64,000 nt of DNA from Octopus sinensis (Eukaryota). The DNA lies in contig NW_021832227.1 in NCBI RefSeq assembly GCF_006345805.1, positions 310,001 through 374,000 of the forward strand, read 5' to 3'. Shown piece by piece: positions 1-13,323 of the stretch. The first letter of the stretch is position 1, and every line of letters begins with the position of its first letter. The notes under the pieces are model-generated. The model had not been told where the DNA came from. It made no database searches and worked only from the letters and a program-made list of their open reading frames with translations. Both the position numbers and the translations under genes were made by a program.

Positions 1-299
1 AAAACTAAAAAAATAATTTATTTTTAATATTTTGAAAACTATTAAAAAACTAAAATTCTCATATTCCATCAGGTTATTATTGACTGTGATATTTTCAAAA
101 AGTTATAGTGCATTAACTTGTTTATCTATAAAATAAACAAGTAAAATGAGCGAACCAGAAATGTTTTATAAAACATTAAATATTGAATTAATAATTAAAG
201 AGCCGACGCTCAATACTATCTCAAAATCAATTTGAAAGATCTAATGAAACCTCGAAGAACTTACGTCTAATAACCTATATGCTAACTTTGTATAAACTT

Positions 300-1500
300 T
301 CACCAAATTTGTTAATCCCAAACTTGCCGATTTCGTCTAGGCATTTGGTTTAATCTCAGATAATCAGTTTGGAACGAGGAAGCAATGTTAAGGAGCAAAG
401 AGCAGGTCCTCAATGCTTAAATAAGGAGTGAGGTAATACCCTCTATTCCGCTTGGGTCCACACGAAAAAAGCATTTGACTCAGTTGATCATGAGTACTAT
501 TTTTTTCGTGATATCAATAATTTTTATTTTTAATTTTCTATTTATATATTTTTGTTTAATAAAAGATAATTTTTTTCAAAGCGAATTAATACTTCTTTAG
601 TTTCTTAAAAGTTGTAAAAAAACAGTCGACTATCTGTCTTATGAGTAATAAAAACAAGAAAATGGCACTTAGCCATAATCTCAGGATTTCTTGCCTCCAA
701 ATATGCAGCTGTCTGCATGAAAAATTTAGACATTAAGTCACTCAAGGACGCTGGAGGAAACTCTTGCTTAATCGAATCAACTGTAAATCACCACAATCGG
801 TTATGTTTAAATGTATGGAGGAATCAAATGTCGACATATTTAAATCTTTGCAATAGTTATCAAAAGGAAAACATGGTCCACCGAGCGAAATATTTTACTG
901 TGTTTTGAAGATAGAAATTTATTTTTCGTATACACATATTTATTGCAAAAAAGCAATCAAACTGTTACCATCTAACCACGCGGTGTGGTAAGAACTGAAC
1001 AGTGACTATTTCAGAAAACAGAATGAGGTGATAAAGTATATGAATTTTAATTTGTGTCGAATGTATGAAATCAAAAGAAGCAGGAAATTGAAAGGACATT
1101 TGGTTGGCACGTCAATTATGACTGAAGGAAAGTCCAATTCAATAAACCTGCCATTTTTGTTTACAAAGAGAGGAAAAAAGGAAATAACTTTAAATAGAGG
1201 TGGGGATTACCTTACAAGACTGCTTAAAGCAATTCAAAGTTGAGAAATTTCACAAATACAACCTACTTGCAAACGAACTATCGGTTTTCTATGAAGCAAA
1301 AGTAAAGATTATTCCGGTAGTCTCAAAGTTCTTTAAAAGTCATATGGATAAGTTATCAATTGAAGAAGGAACAAGGACATACATCAGTCGCTTGTTTAAG
1401 AAGAACTCTGGAGAGTACGCTGGAATAAATATAAACGACGACGTGTACGCCTCAGTCGCCAATCTACTTGTCGCGAGGATACTCAGCTGAACAAAAATTT
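300..1500 (+). mobile_element. Decayed R4/HERO-like RLE non-LTR retrotransposon
   Basis: Frameshifted remnants in the expected order: NQFGT..GAKEQ and KKAFDSVDHEY (RT, ~365-500), KDRNLF plus C..C/NEVIK zinc region (~890-1040), EKFHKYNLLANEL..VKIIPVV (RLE, 1240-1330). Colinear with the copy at 19260-20330. Confidence 0.8.
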
Positions 1501-1926
1501 TGACACAAAAATGGAAAATGAAAAGAAGTTTGTGGCATGCTCTTCTTCTAAACAAAGAAGGGAAATTACTGACTATTTGAACTCCTAATTAGACAATAGT
1601 TGAATATAATTAAGCGATTTGAATTGCATGATTTTTTACAAAATTTCCCAAATTTTCCCGATTTCCATTGAAAATTAGTTCAAAGCAATATTTAGCCCGT
1701 AGATGTCAAACTAGATCTAGAAATGTCTAGAGATTTCAAATAATACATCTGTTGTATTTTGTTTCATGTATATAAACAAAAAACTCGAAATTCCTCTAAA
1801 AAACTTCCAATTTAGTTTAAAACATATTTATTTATTATAAATATTATTTTACTCCAAATATTTTATAGCATGAAAACCCACAATCCGAGCTATTAAATAA
1901 ATATTCATTAAAGTAGAAAATTTTTC

Positions 1927-2916
1927 ATGATGTATAAACCGATTTCTGTTGCTCAAAAAACTTTCTTTTATCTCTCTTCTCTTAACTACAAAATAAACCT
2001 CTTAGTCAACTATATTATTCCTACAATGGGTTTATAGAATTGTAATTTAAATTAGCTCCAAATTTAATACCTAAAGTCGAGGATGTTTATAGTAACTATT
2101 CTCTATACATAACGCCACCTCCCTTTAACACCTACAGCATCTCGATTTTGATTTATATTTTTCAGGTAAATAATTATCTTATTACAATCCTAGGTTGCGT
2201 GGTTTGTATTCATGATCCTTGCAATGTATAAAATCAAAAAAAATAGTAATAATAATATATATGCAATGATGTTTCACGTTAACTCTACTCTTTCATATGC
2301 ATTCTTCCTTATATACAGCTTCTTTTCGTGGGGTAATTTATATATAGTTATATTTACAGTATGGATCGTGACATTTACCCACGGTTATATGCTTACCGCA
2401 ATGGTCTGTATAACGATTGCTGTGATTTCATCGATCTCATGGATTGTAATTTTGCTTTTTAACGTTGGAAAAATATCTCATGAAATGACAAACTATCAGA
2501 AAATTTTTACACATATTTTAATCAACGGACTAGCATTTAGCCCAGCATTTTTTTCATTTATTTTTAGCCTCCAATTAGGGATTGTTATATTTTATGTCAA
2601 AAATATTATTAACAATCTGAATGCGTCGATTTTATGTCTCGGTTTATCAATTACATGTATTATCGTCTACTACATATTTGACATATGTTCATCAAAAATC
2701 TACACAAAATACTTTTATTCGCCAATATTTATTTTTTTGTATGTATTCGGGGCAATTTTATCAAAAGGACAAAGTGCAGTTTATTCAACACTTGATAATT
2801 TTATCAAACAACTTGTGGTTGGAATTATTGTCTTGGTTATCATTGGTATGGCAATGAAAATAAGTCTTCAATTTTTTTACCGTAAAAACCTTGTTGGTTC
2901 TGAATCAAACCTGTAA
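1927..2916 (+). CDS. Multipass membrane protein of the uncharacterised ITPA..TFSIW..IY family
   Basis: Open frame from ATG 1927 through GT-AG introns 2030-2055 (26 nt) and 2166-2193 (28 nt) into ORF 2212-2916. Spliced motif YITPPPFNTYSISILIYIFQ, then HILINGLAF and several hydrophobic helices. Family assignment from memory. Confidence 0.65.
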
Positions 2917-3579
2917 CGAAAAATGATTAGATGCTAACTTTAACATTATTTGTTTTCTCGATTTTTTAATTCTATTAACAAAATTTTAATTTTCAATATA
3001 CCGAATAATCTAATGTTTTGCTTGTCACGTTATTGTAATAAAAATCGCATAGCAAACGATTTTTCATTTATTGATTCATTTTTGGTTTCTTTTATAAAAA
3101 TTTTTAGAATAGTTTAATAGTCGATTATTCATTAATTACTAAGAAAACTAGCATTTATTTCTCCTGTAGAAGAAAATAAGTTGCGAGGAATTCCCGGGAT
3201 GCCTAGAAATAGGTGGCTTATTCTTCTTAAGTAATTCAATCGACGATTTGTTGAGCTTGTGCAAAATACCGAATTTTCTTTTTTAATTTTTTAGACATAA
3301 GGAATTGAAATCAGAAACTTCTCTTAATCACATTACCAATGAAAAAATCTTTATTATGTAAAACCTTTCCGAAAACAAATGACGTGCGGTGAGCGACGGT
3401 AGGAGGCTGACAAATGGGAACTGGGCCAACCAGATATTCCCCACCTCTCTTTGGATCCGGAAGGCTGTATTGAAGATTTGGAGGCTAATGGTGATCGGCA
3501 CAGACAGTTCCTTTTTCCTTGGCTTCATTCATTCGATTAGTTAGCTATGACTGTTTTTGCTGGGTTTGCTTGGGAGTTA

Positions 3580-5310
3580 ATAATAATAAATCAGAAACAA
3601 GTAGAGCTATACGTGACCCGACGAAGACGCACTGCAGATCAAGAGGCAGAATAGAGACAGAGACGCGCTGGAAGAGCCATCTCGTCTCCCTTCCGGTCAT
3701 GCGTCTTCAAGGCAATTTTATCGCCGAGCATATGCAAAAACCTCTCTGCCTCCTTAAAGACACGCCAGTGGTCTCAAAAGCAAGAGGGCGAACTCGTAAG
3801 CCTCTGAAAGAAATAAGTATTTCGACCTCTTCCTCTTCTTTGCAAGCGTGCAAGCGTATCCTGGAAAACATGCTGTCCAGGGCAACAGAGTCTTAGATAA
3901 AAATTCACACAGGTCACTTCCCAAACAAGTGATCTACCTCCCCTGAAAGGTATTCCGATAGCTCGCAGAGTTCGAGTGAGTTATTGAGAACAAAGCGAAC
4001 GAAATCACTAGAAGCAGACATCGAGGATAGATACCAGGGCAAGGCAAGATCGGCACAAGAACAAACCCCAATTCCCCCAAAGCGAAGTGGGAGCGCAGCA
4101 AGAGAGCGACCATCTTCAGTGAACAAAGTATTTAGAAGGAGCTGTAACGACAAAGCGATAGCGTCAAACAAAACCAGAAGTTGCTCATGCGAACGGAAAC
4201 ACGGCGGTGTACGGAGCAGATAAGTCAGATGCGGGATGTATAAAAAAAAATTTATTAAAAACAGCCCCAATGAGACCCAAAAGCACTGATTCGAAAACAC
4301 AGATTCAAAATCTTTTCACTTTGCGATGCGATGGACTTCGCGACTCCCTTGTTACAAATTGGGAATAGCTCGGGACAGCGTTCTGCGACAATCTCGAGCA
4401 TGCGATCTCTCCTGACACTATTAAAAGCATTCTTAACATCAAGTTTGAGAAGGATTGGGACATCCTTAGGGTTCGAGATTGACAGCTGCCGAGAAGCGTT
4501 TGCTAGAGCTTCACAGGCCTCTTTGACACCAACGCCGAATTGAAAAGACAGAAACTCCTGGCTTATTTGCGGAATAACGCGATGTGACATAATTTTTGCA
4601 ACCAGACGTCTGAATACATTGCCAACTACAATTGGACCTAATCCACCATCGCCCTTGCGGAGAGCTGTTAGATTGGCAGAAAACAGAAGATCTCTTGCTA
4701 AGACAGAGATAGAGCCAAAAAGAATCTGAGAACAAAGCCAATTTATGGAACATAATAAGGCCCGGCCTGAATCGGCCGTCAGAGGGGATGTTAGGTCCCT
4801 CAGATGAATGGGCTTTATATCGTCAATCCCTCCACTGCTGTTGAGTGGGAAGGAAGCCAAAGAGACTGCGACTTCAGAAGTAGCTGACAACAAAACAGTT
4901 GCAATTCTTAAGTCCTCCGGGGCGCTTGGGTGCTTCCGACACAATTTCACGTGAACAGCCTCAGAAGGAGGTGCTACAGGCGTGTCAGACGGGATTACAC
5001 GAACAGCTCTACCGACGTCCCCTTGCAACAGTTTACTTTTAATGGCACGAATCATAGATAAGTAATCCACCTTGTGCGGGGCGGCACAGGGATTCACACT
5101 CAGAGGTTTGGGAGGAAGGGGATCACCAGATAACCAGTTCCGGTCAAAATCCGAATGCACAAAACAAGCGCAAGCGTCCTTGATCCGTTGCGCAGAAGAG
5201 ACTTTTGAGGCATCACGCGGACGGATAGAACTTGAACTCAAACAGCAGGAAGCAAAACAGAAGAACTTATACCAAGCTGAAGGAGAATCGGATGACAGAG
5301 AAAAGAGCTT
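3580..5310 (-). mobile_element. CRE-clade non-LTR retrotransposon, truncated and decayed
   Basis: ORF 4255-5241 has SSGGIDDIKPIHLRDL, LGPIVVGNVFRRLVAK, FQFGVGVKEACEA and LKLDVKNAFNSV. Downstream frames give LPLRFGGIG and PLAFETTG..WLFQRVSVSI. Homologous to the full-length copy at 26003-29137. Confidence 0.9.
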
Positions 5311-5314
5311 TCGA

Positions 5315-5790
5315 GACTGAAAGTCTGCTCCTTAGCTCCCTGGTAATCCCGGCCAGTACCTAACTGGTTCTTGGACAGAATTGGACATACAGGTAATCGA
5401 ACGATAATCTTTAGGAACGCAAATGTTATCTACTTTAGGAATCAAATAATTAACCCCAGTACGTAACCACTCTGGAATCGAGTCAGGATCAGGTGTAAAC
5501 TGTTCGATTGCTTGACAAATGCAGTCGTGGATTGGTTTCCAATTTTTTATAAAGAAATTATACATTTTATCAACCCCAGGTGTCTTCCAGTCAAAGAGAT
5601 GGACTACTGCCTCATTAAACTTGTTGTGGATGTCAGAGACGCCACAAATATCGGTCATCAAGGAAGCATCGGATCCACAAAACGGAAACGACACATCCTT
5701 GCGAGGACGTGTTTTCAACATACTCCCCCATGTGTCAAGCATTTTTGCCTTTTGCTGAGTACCCTCCTTCTTCTCTCCGTACAACCGCCG
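5315..5790 (-). mobile_element. R4/HERO-like RT N-terminal fragment
   Basis: WKTPGVDKMYNFFIK, PEWLRTGVNYLIPK, DYRSITCMSN, then KNQLGTGRDYQGAKEQ in a shifted frame. Abuts the CRE fragment at about 5310. Confidence 0.8.
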
Positions 5791-5989
5791 ATAGAACAGT
5801 CTGCATTGAACTCAAACAGGTTGTCTCTCCTCTGCACTGACCAGGTTTGTTTGATTTGAATCATTTGATTTTAATCAACGAAAAAATCAATGATTGACTT
5901 AACTATGAATATGGGTATTTCAATAGGAATCGTGGTGTGGTTGAAAGCCCTGCTTTATTAATCATGTCTGAGACGAGAAAGTGTGTAGT

Positions 5990-6300
5990 GGAGGGTATGC
6001 GTAGTAGGACGGACGCCAGTGAGTACGAGGTAATTAACCTCATTGTTCCTTCGAAGAGTACTCAGAAAGAATCACATTCAGGTGTTAGCAAGAAATTTGT
6101 CTCACGGCAGCTAGGACGTGGAATTAGTAATTCCGTTAACCTAAGTGAGCGAATTCTTATTAAGATATACGAAACCTTGTAGTAAGTCAAGTTTATCTCA
6201 AAGGAAGGCTACTGTCCTGGTAAACACTTTGAAACTATGAAAGGCTACGTGTCGGCTAAGTGTGGTTTAAGTGTAAAAAAATTAAACTCAAAAGAAATTC
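5990..6300 (+). mobile_element. R4/HERO-like fragment (post-RT region)
   Basis: FVSRQLGRGISN..SERILIKIYETL. 6100-6170 matches the reverse complement of 20150-20220 (taagaattcgct..ccacgtcctagctgcc). Confidence 0.7.
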
Positions 6301-6339
6301 CTAATTCAAAAGATCGACTTAAAAGTCCTTCGCAAGACT

Positions 6340-7470
6340 CTCTTTACCAGCCTGGGCAACCCGAATATTGACGTATCGTGGTCATGAACGTGGCTAATAT
6401 ATGGGAATAACGTTCCTCACACACAGCCTTGCGACTCTTTCCGCGTTGCGGTCGAAACACCTGAACCCCATAATGTCGTACCAATGACAGCATCCGCTTC
6501 GGAAGCCTCAGAGAACCTAAAGTTCTTCCGTCGCATTTCAACAGGATAAAATCGGGCCACATCTGTGATCTGATATACAGGGCTGTCGAGGAAAGTGCAC
6601 TAACCTGCTTGAAAAAATCGTTGGAAGCTTTAACATGCTCCTATCCAGCGAAATATACCCGTTTGTCCTAGAACTGGTCTTCTCTTCATGTTTAACGACA
6701 CTAAAGAAAACGAACAAAAAAGTCCGCTCGATCGCCATCAGGGACACTTTTCAAAGAATTGGCGCTGAAATAGAAAAGTCTACTTTAAGTCATCTGCATT
6801 TATTGTTGGAACATCCATAATCGAGTCTCCAAGTAGAGTTCAACAAATCGACTCTTTGGGGCCACTCCTATTCTTTACCGCAATCCACGAAACCGTAATA
6901 TCATATAAAACGGATTTTAACCCTTAATATTTAGCCGAAGGTGCAATTGGAGGAACCTCTGAAACCATCCTGGGAATGCTGGAAACACTTGTGTTAAATT
7001 TCTGAGCTCTCGGCTCAAATCCAACTGTGGGAAGTGGGAAATTGTAGACATCAACACAGATGAATTTATCTTACAAAAACTGTTTTCAGAATGGGACAAA
7101 CTGCTGCCTGAAAGGATTACCCCCTAAGGATGACTTGGTCTTTCCTGGATCCCCTATATTTGAGAATGGAGCCAAGGTTTCCAAATTCTCCCACCTTTTC
7201 GAAAAGATACGCTATGTCGACAGCCGCATTGGACTCTTTCTGCAGAGGAATTGCCTATCCATCCCAAAGCTAACCTATATGTTGAGAACGGCTAAGTGCT
7301 ATAAAAATCAGCTTAATAGAAGATTGCACTGAATGCCTTAAGACTATCTGCTTTGATACAAAGGCATAGATACAAGCCACTCTACCAGTCTCCCTTGGAG
7401 GCATCGGTCTGATTACCCCAACTGATTCAGCCACGGGGAGTACTTCTTCTCAGCGCTCTTGTCCACAGAA
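6340..7470 (+). mobile_element. CRE-clade remnant
   Basis: VRSIAIRDTFQRIGA, RVQQIDSLGPLLF, NCLSIPKLTYMLRT and QATLPVSLGGIG are degenerate versions of CRE RT and thumb motifs; many stops and frameshifts. Confidence 0.8.
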
Positions 7471-8517
7471 GTGATTGACATTGTTTTCTTTAATTACAAT
7501 GAACATAAAATATCATTTTTCCAACTGAAAGAAACTGGTAATGCATATTCCATCGACTACAACCCGCAAATCTCAATGGAAATTTCTACCCTACGCCAAA
7601 ACAAACCAAGATTTGAAGCTGTCATTCGTCGATATTGAGGATTAAGAATTAAAATCATTTTTAAAAACAAAAATATGTTTAAAATCACTTTGATTTCTAT
7701 CTTATTAATAACCTCAAAAACTGTACTTTATATATTCTTCGATCGAAATTAAAAAATTTTCTGCCTAAAGGTAATGAAAACTATTTTAAATTTGTATTGA
7801 ACAATATTCTGAATCAGAATATGTGTTTTTGGAGTTAAAATCTCAGAGAAATTAATAGAAATTAAATTTTGAGGAGAAAATATGATAAAATGTTGTTAAT
7901 AATTTGTTAAATTATACTATTCAGTGCAATAAAAATATTTTAGATAATTTTGAAAAAGTTTATTAAACTCAATTGCCTGAAAACAAAAGTGGTCGAAAAA
8001 ATAAATTAGGTCAGCCTATTGTTTTTCTCACCACGTCAGGCCATTAACAAACGCATAACAAAAGAATTTTTATTTTATTGACCACGATTCATTCTATTGG
8101 TTTCTTTTGTGATTATAGCATATTACTGGTAGAATTAATTAATTATCCAAAACCAAATATATTTTTATGGTTTTTATATGTATATAACCTCAATAATCAT
8201 TTTTTCTAAAGTAACTGTAATATTCATAGATTTTTCAGAGAGTTTTGTCAAATGTCATTTCAATAGCTTTAATGACAGGCTCTACTCGAGAATGTGATAA
8301 TAAATGCCAAAATATAACGTGAAGACAAGCCCTTGAGACGAAGAATGTGATAATAATTTTCTAAAAATCCAATAGCAGAGGAATTTTGAAGTGCAAAAAT
8401 GCGCTAGCGTTTAACGCCGTTATTTAGGCAATTCATTAGAACAAATGGTCATTGTTTCGCAAACAAAGTTGAGAAGGTGAAGAATTACAGTGTTTCTATT
8501 CATATATAATAAACAAA

Positions 8518-9474
8518 ATGGAACAAAATAATAAATCGACATACACAAAACAAAAATTGAACAATTCAGATCAAACCAATAATGGTCGACGTCCTGAATA
8601 TACAAACATATACACAAATCACGATTTCAACTCAAAAATACAGCAAAATCATTTTTATATAAATTCATCACGGGAGTTTGATGGAATTTCCAATAGAGAA
8701 AATTTGAATATGAAAAATTCTTCAGACACAAGATTTGAAGATGCAAGAATTAAAGGATGCAGCCCCAAAACTACTCCAGAAAAAATTGAAAAAAATCGAA
8801 TTAAGAGACCAATGAATTCTTTTATGGTTTGGTCAAGAGGACAGCGTAAGCAAATGTCCCAGGATAATCCCAAAATGCATAACTCTGAAATTTCAAAAAG
8901 GTTGGGATCTAAATGGAAAATGCTAACCGCAGAAGATAAAAAACCGTTTGTTGATGAGTCTAAGCGCCTAAGAACTCTTCATATAATGGAACATCCGGAC
9001 TATAAGTATCGGCCAAGAAGGAAAAATAAAAATAATGTTAAGAAAGACTGCCATTTGAATTTTGATACAGCTCAACAAGAAGTTTTACAACCTAGTTATC
9101 AAATTCCTATTAACTTCGGAGATGGATACTATGCAGATCCTAGCTATTTTATGAAAACTAATAACAATGAAAATTATAATCCGAATCAGTTCAATTATTC
9201 ACCATACACCAATTTTAGTAACGGCTTTCAAACTAATCAATTCACACCAAATGTCAACTCTATACTACAATATCAGCAAATACCAATGCAGAATTTGATT
9301 CATACATTAAACGGATCTGTAAATTCGGGAGTCAGACCGCAAATACCAGCCAGCTACGACTATTATAATGGAAATATTTCAAATTCCACAGGGAGTGGCG
9401 AACAAAATCACCAACTGCCGACTTATCGATTTCGAAACAATCTCAATTTTGTTGAAAAAACTGTATTTAAATGA
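8518..9474 (+). CDS. SoxB: Intronless SoxB-group HMG-box transcription factor, 318 aa
   Basis: HMG box [52 protein letters not shown] carries the SoxB-type RGQR and [14 protein letters not shown] signature; N/Q/Y-rich C-terminus. Confidence 0.93.
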   Translation: MEQNNKSTYTKQKLNNSDQTNNGRRPEYTNIYTNHDFNSKIQQNHFYINSSREFDGISNRENLNMKNSSDTRFEDARIKGCSPKTTPEKIEKNRIKRPMNSFMVWSRGQRKQMSQDNPKMHNSEISKRLGSKWKMLTAEDKKPFVDESKRLRTLHIMEHPDYKYRPRRKNKNNVKKDCHLNFDTAQQEVLQPSYQIPINFGDGYYADPSYFMKTNNNENYNPNQFNYSPYTNFSNGFQTNQFTPNVNSILQYQQIPMQNLIHTLNGSVNSGVRPQIPASYDYYNGNISNSTGSGEQNHQLPTYRFRNNLNFVEKTVFK

Positions 9475-10278
9475 TTGATTAAAAATAGTATCAACTAAAT
9501 AAACCATCCCAATGAAAGGATCCGTCTTTTTTCATTTAATGGTAGCTTTAGCATATTTTATTTGTACGAATTTTTTTAATAAAATTCGGAATTTAACTTA
9601 ATAATTAATTGAAAATCTGTTGTCATAAAACAACTGTTCACTACCAAAGCTTTGCATCGATAATAAAAAGGCACTGGTTAAAAAGTTGGACAAGCATTCT
9701 CTTAAATAACTTTGAATATGTACATAAGTTTAATTTAAAAATAATTTCAATTTATTTCTATAGAACATAATCTATAACATTTTTCCAGCATAAAAAAATA
9801 TTACTTTATTATTATTCCGGTGGAAACATGAAATTTTTCACAGTGTAAGTGCTATCTCGTAAATATTCTGTTAGACATATTTGACATTAAAATAAATTCC
9901 TTCAAAAATTGATTTCTTATATTTTTGTAACTTTTAAATTGAGAATTGCATTTTGTACTCAGTAAAGCTTTGGACGACATTAGACTTGGTACATACCAAA
10001 TGAATGCATTAAAATCTTTCAAATTTTTAAACTTCGTCAATTATGAATCGTCAATTATCGGTCTTAAAAATACCCAACACCAACCAGGCCATTTAAAACT
10101 TTATTCGAGTCTTCCGAAAGAATATATCTTGGTATTTTACTCATCCTACTTATTCTTAAAAATAATAAACTTAATTGATTAAAATAAATAATTGCTTAAA
10201 CAATCAGAGAATTAACTATATAAGAATTTACAAGTAATAAGAGAAGGCCCAATAACATTAAACCCAAAGTCCGCTAAT

Positions 10279-11790
10279 TTACAATTCAGAAGGGAGATCG
10301 TCCAAGATGACATCCGACAAGTCAATTTCCTCTTCATTTATTGGCTAAACAAATAGTCCCAAGAACGTTCTACCGGAGCATCCTGACCATCCCACGGAGT
10401 TGTCTCCTTGATTGTATATGTCCCGATAGAACTAGTCGACACTTTTCCCACCATAACTTGCCTAATAAATATAAAAAATAAACTAACCCAAGAATTCATT
10501 GATTCCAGTTTCGTCAAACCTTCCTTTGAGGACACTGAATCGATTTCGAATTCTGCTCACAATCACCATCGCCTAAACACAATCTTCAACTCCCGAATAA
10601 CCGGATATCCAAATCCTCCTATATCCAATGCAGCTTCCAGACTTGATTGAATACCTCCTTCCATCCACAGCCATCTGAATATTAATTAGACAAACCCATA
10701 TGAAATAGCTCGTGAGGAATCGGCAATTTTTTGTAAAAGATTTTGACTCTCGCGACGGCATTGTGAATTACAGTCAAGTAAGTGGGGTAAGAAAGAAATG
10801 ACACACAATGAACTACTACCGCATATATCATTCCAAACATTTTGAGATGTTAACTAGAAATAATTAAAATCTAAAAATATGACTTGAGTGAGTGTAGGAG
10901 GAGGTTTACTATTAGCGACTTGTTGTTCCGCCCAATTGACCATATCGTCCACAGATCGACTCCCTTCATAAGGAATGCCCTCAAATCCACCGGGCGGAAA
11001 AAATTTAAGTGTAGGAAACCCATTTATCTGAATAAGTAAATCGACAAACCGAGAAACGACTAGCAAGTTCTTTGTTGACAGTGGCATCGACTGCCGCAAC
11101 CGTAACTTTTCCTGCTAATCTGACTGCCACTTGTTCCCAAAGTGGCTCCAAGTTTTTACAGTGGCCACACCAGGGAGCATAAAATTCAACAAATGTGGGA
11201 TTGTTCCCTTTTAGTACAAACTGGTCAAATGAGCCATCACTGAGTTCTATTACTCTTCCATTAGACTAGAAATATAACAAATAAATCAACTTGTTCATTG
11301 TTATTTCCCGTTAATTTATCACGAGCATGTTTAGTCAAAAGTCTCATTACCTCTTCAACAATGGCAGAAGCAGAACGTTGGGCTATAATATGAATAATCA
11401 AATAAATACATGAAAACTGAATTTGTTCGTTGTTTAAAAATAAAACTATTGTAGGGAATCCTTTAATATTGTACATCTGCATAAGGTTTGGATTTTCATC
11501 ACTGTTTACAGCTCCTAATTTGACAATTCCCTAATAGATATTGAGAAAATTGAAACTTTCAAAGCAGTTGCTGCTTTTGCCCATTCTGGTGCCAAATTTT
11601 TGCAGTGACCGCACCTATGATTGTATAGTTTTATAATTTACCAGTCTGCGTAAAATTCAACCAGAACGGGAGATTTTGAACGAAATACAATATCGTCAAA
11701 ATTTTCTGAATTTAATTGTATTACATCGTTGGATTGAGAATATAAATTTGAAGAAATGAATTGGAATATAACAGAAAAGAAAAAAAACAT
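10279..11790 (-). CDS. PDIA6: Protein disulfide-isomerase A6 (P5), multi-exon
   Basis: Signal peptide [14 protein letters not shown], two WCGHC thioredoxin domains (FYADW|CGHC across a 27-nt intron; FYAPWCGHC), P5-type C-terminus [23 protein letters not shown]. Introns of 22, 26, 27 and 29 nt checked. Confidence 0.92.
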
Positions 11791-12317
11791 CAAACAAATG
11801 ATAGTTGCAACTAGAGAAACTAAACGTAATATATTTTATATGAAATAGAGCTTTTGTTTGACAATGTAGAATGTATAATATAATTAAAAATATAATTTAT
11901 TATATATAAACATTACCCCTGTGACATCCTCGTGTCAGGACGATGTACTTACCATGAAACTAAATCTTTCCCATACGAAATTCCACAGTCCATAAAAGTG
12001 CTACAAACCAACTCAACGTGGTCTTGGTAACATAATAAATAAAAAAATCTGTAGATTTTATAATCTATCTGCAAGACTTAAAGAATTTCTATCATGATAA
12101 AAATTACCAAAGTAGATCATCGAGGCAAAAAGTATTCGTCGTTGACAATAAGTAACAATGTAATGCATTACGATGTGATAGCTAATACGTAAGCAAAAAC
12201 AGAGGATTTTACTCTTTTGGTTGTTTCGAATGACTGAAATCTAGAATAGATATTATTTTCAATAGTCAAATTTTATTGTTCAAAAACAATAGTCAGTATT
12301 TTTCTAATAAACAGTCG

Positions 12318-13200
12318 TTAATTCTTTGATTGAGAGGACGAACAAATAGACAGGCAGTTTCCGCGCAATATCGCGAGCCAGTTAGACTCACGTCTCTCGT
12401 GACTCTTCCTCGAGATCATCAAACCAATCTCCGAAAGGAACTCCAGGGCTTTTAGGCCGATTATCCCACTTGTCTCGAAAGCCAGGGAGACGAAAAACCA
12501 GGTGTTCTCCAATGAGGCGTACTTTGCGATTTTTTTTCGTTTCGGCATGTGCGGAGGCTGAGCCAGGGCGGGAAGGAGAGTCGATGAGAGATGACGAGGA
12601 AAACGAGTCGACACAGGTGACGTCCCAAACGAGAGCGAGTCCCCCTTGAACGGGAATAGCGTGGACCCATCGGGACATTTTCCGTTACCACGATCTAACC
12701 CAACCGGCTCCAGGACCGAAAGGAATCCAGCGGTGTTGAGCGCGTGCTTAGCAATATCATTCAAGGCGGCATGTCTGGGTATTCGGCCGGCACTGAGGCG
12801 ACAAGAGAGGGGATGTAGCCCTCTCCTGTCAATGACTTTTCCGCATCTGCACTGATGTGACTGGCAAATCTCGATCCCAAGGCGTAGACACAAACCAATG
12901 CGGACGGATTCGTTGTCCAGGAACATTCCAGAGAGGAAATCGGCAAAGCGTCAAACCAATCGGCCGAGTGGGGTTGACAGCCACAATTAATGCTTGCCAA
13001 CTGAAACTGGTCAGCACGTAGGCGGATATCCACAAGAACATGTAAACAATGTATTTCATCCCAGTTCTTTTGAACTGAGGGGACGTCCGGAATTTTAAGC
13101 CCACAAGAAATTTACATGTTGGCACCTGCCGCGTATTCCAATAACTTGGGCTGTTCAGAAAAGGGGAAGGGAACAAAGTTGACGAAATTAGAGGAAGCAG
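12318..13200 (-). mobile_element. CRE-clade 3' fragment (CCHC zinc knuckle plus RLE)
   Basis: CRCGKVIDRRGLHPLSC, RHAALNDI, EPVGLDRGNGKCPDG, LVWDVTCVD, LAFETSG; two or more frameshifts. Confidence 0.9.
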
Positions 13201-13323
13201 ACAACGGTATTCATTTATACTCGAAGTAATATATTGAAAAATATGAAAGAGTGATCAGAAACCTATTTTAAACTGTATTGACAAATCACTGCAAATTTAA
13301 GACTCTTCAAAATAATTAACATT

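Noticed and set aside
3519-5320. Long plus-strand ORFs (3519-3896, 3984-4223, 5072-5320) and similar ones at 26097-28846 and 33817-34266
   Set aside because: Antisense shadows of GC-richer CRE coding sequence.
11935-11960. Strong minus-strand donor catg|gtaagtac with a small hairpin, considered as an SL RNA or U1 5' end
   Set aside because: Single copy, no Sm site seen, no match to the CRE leader; U1 similarity is just complementarity to a splice donor.
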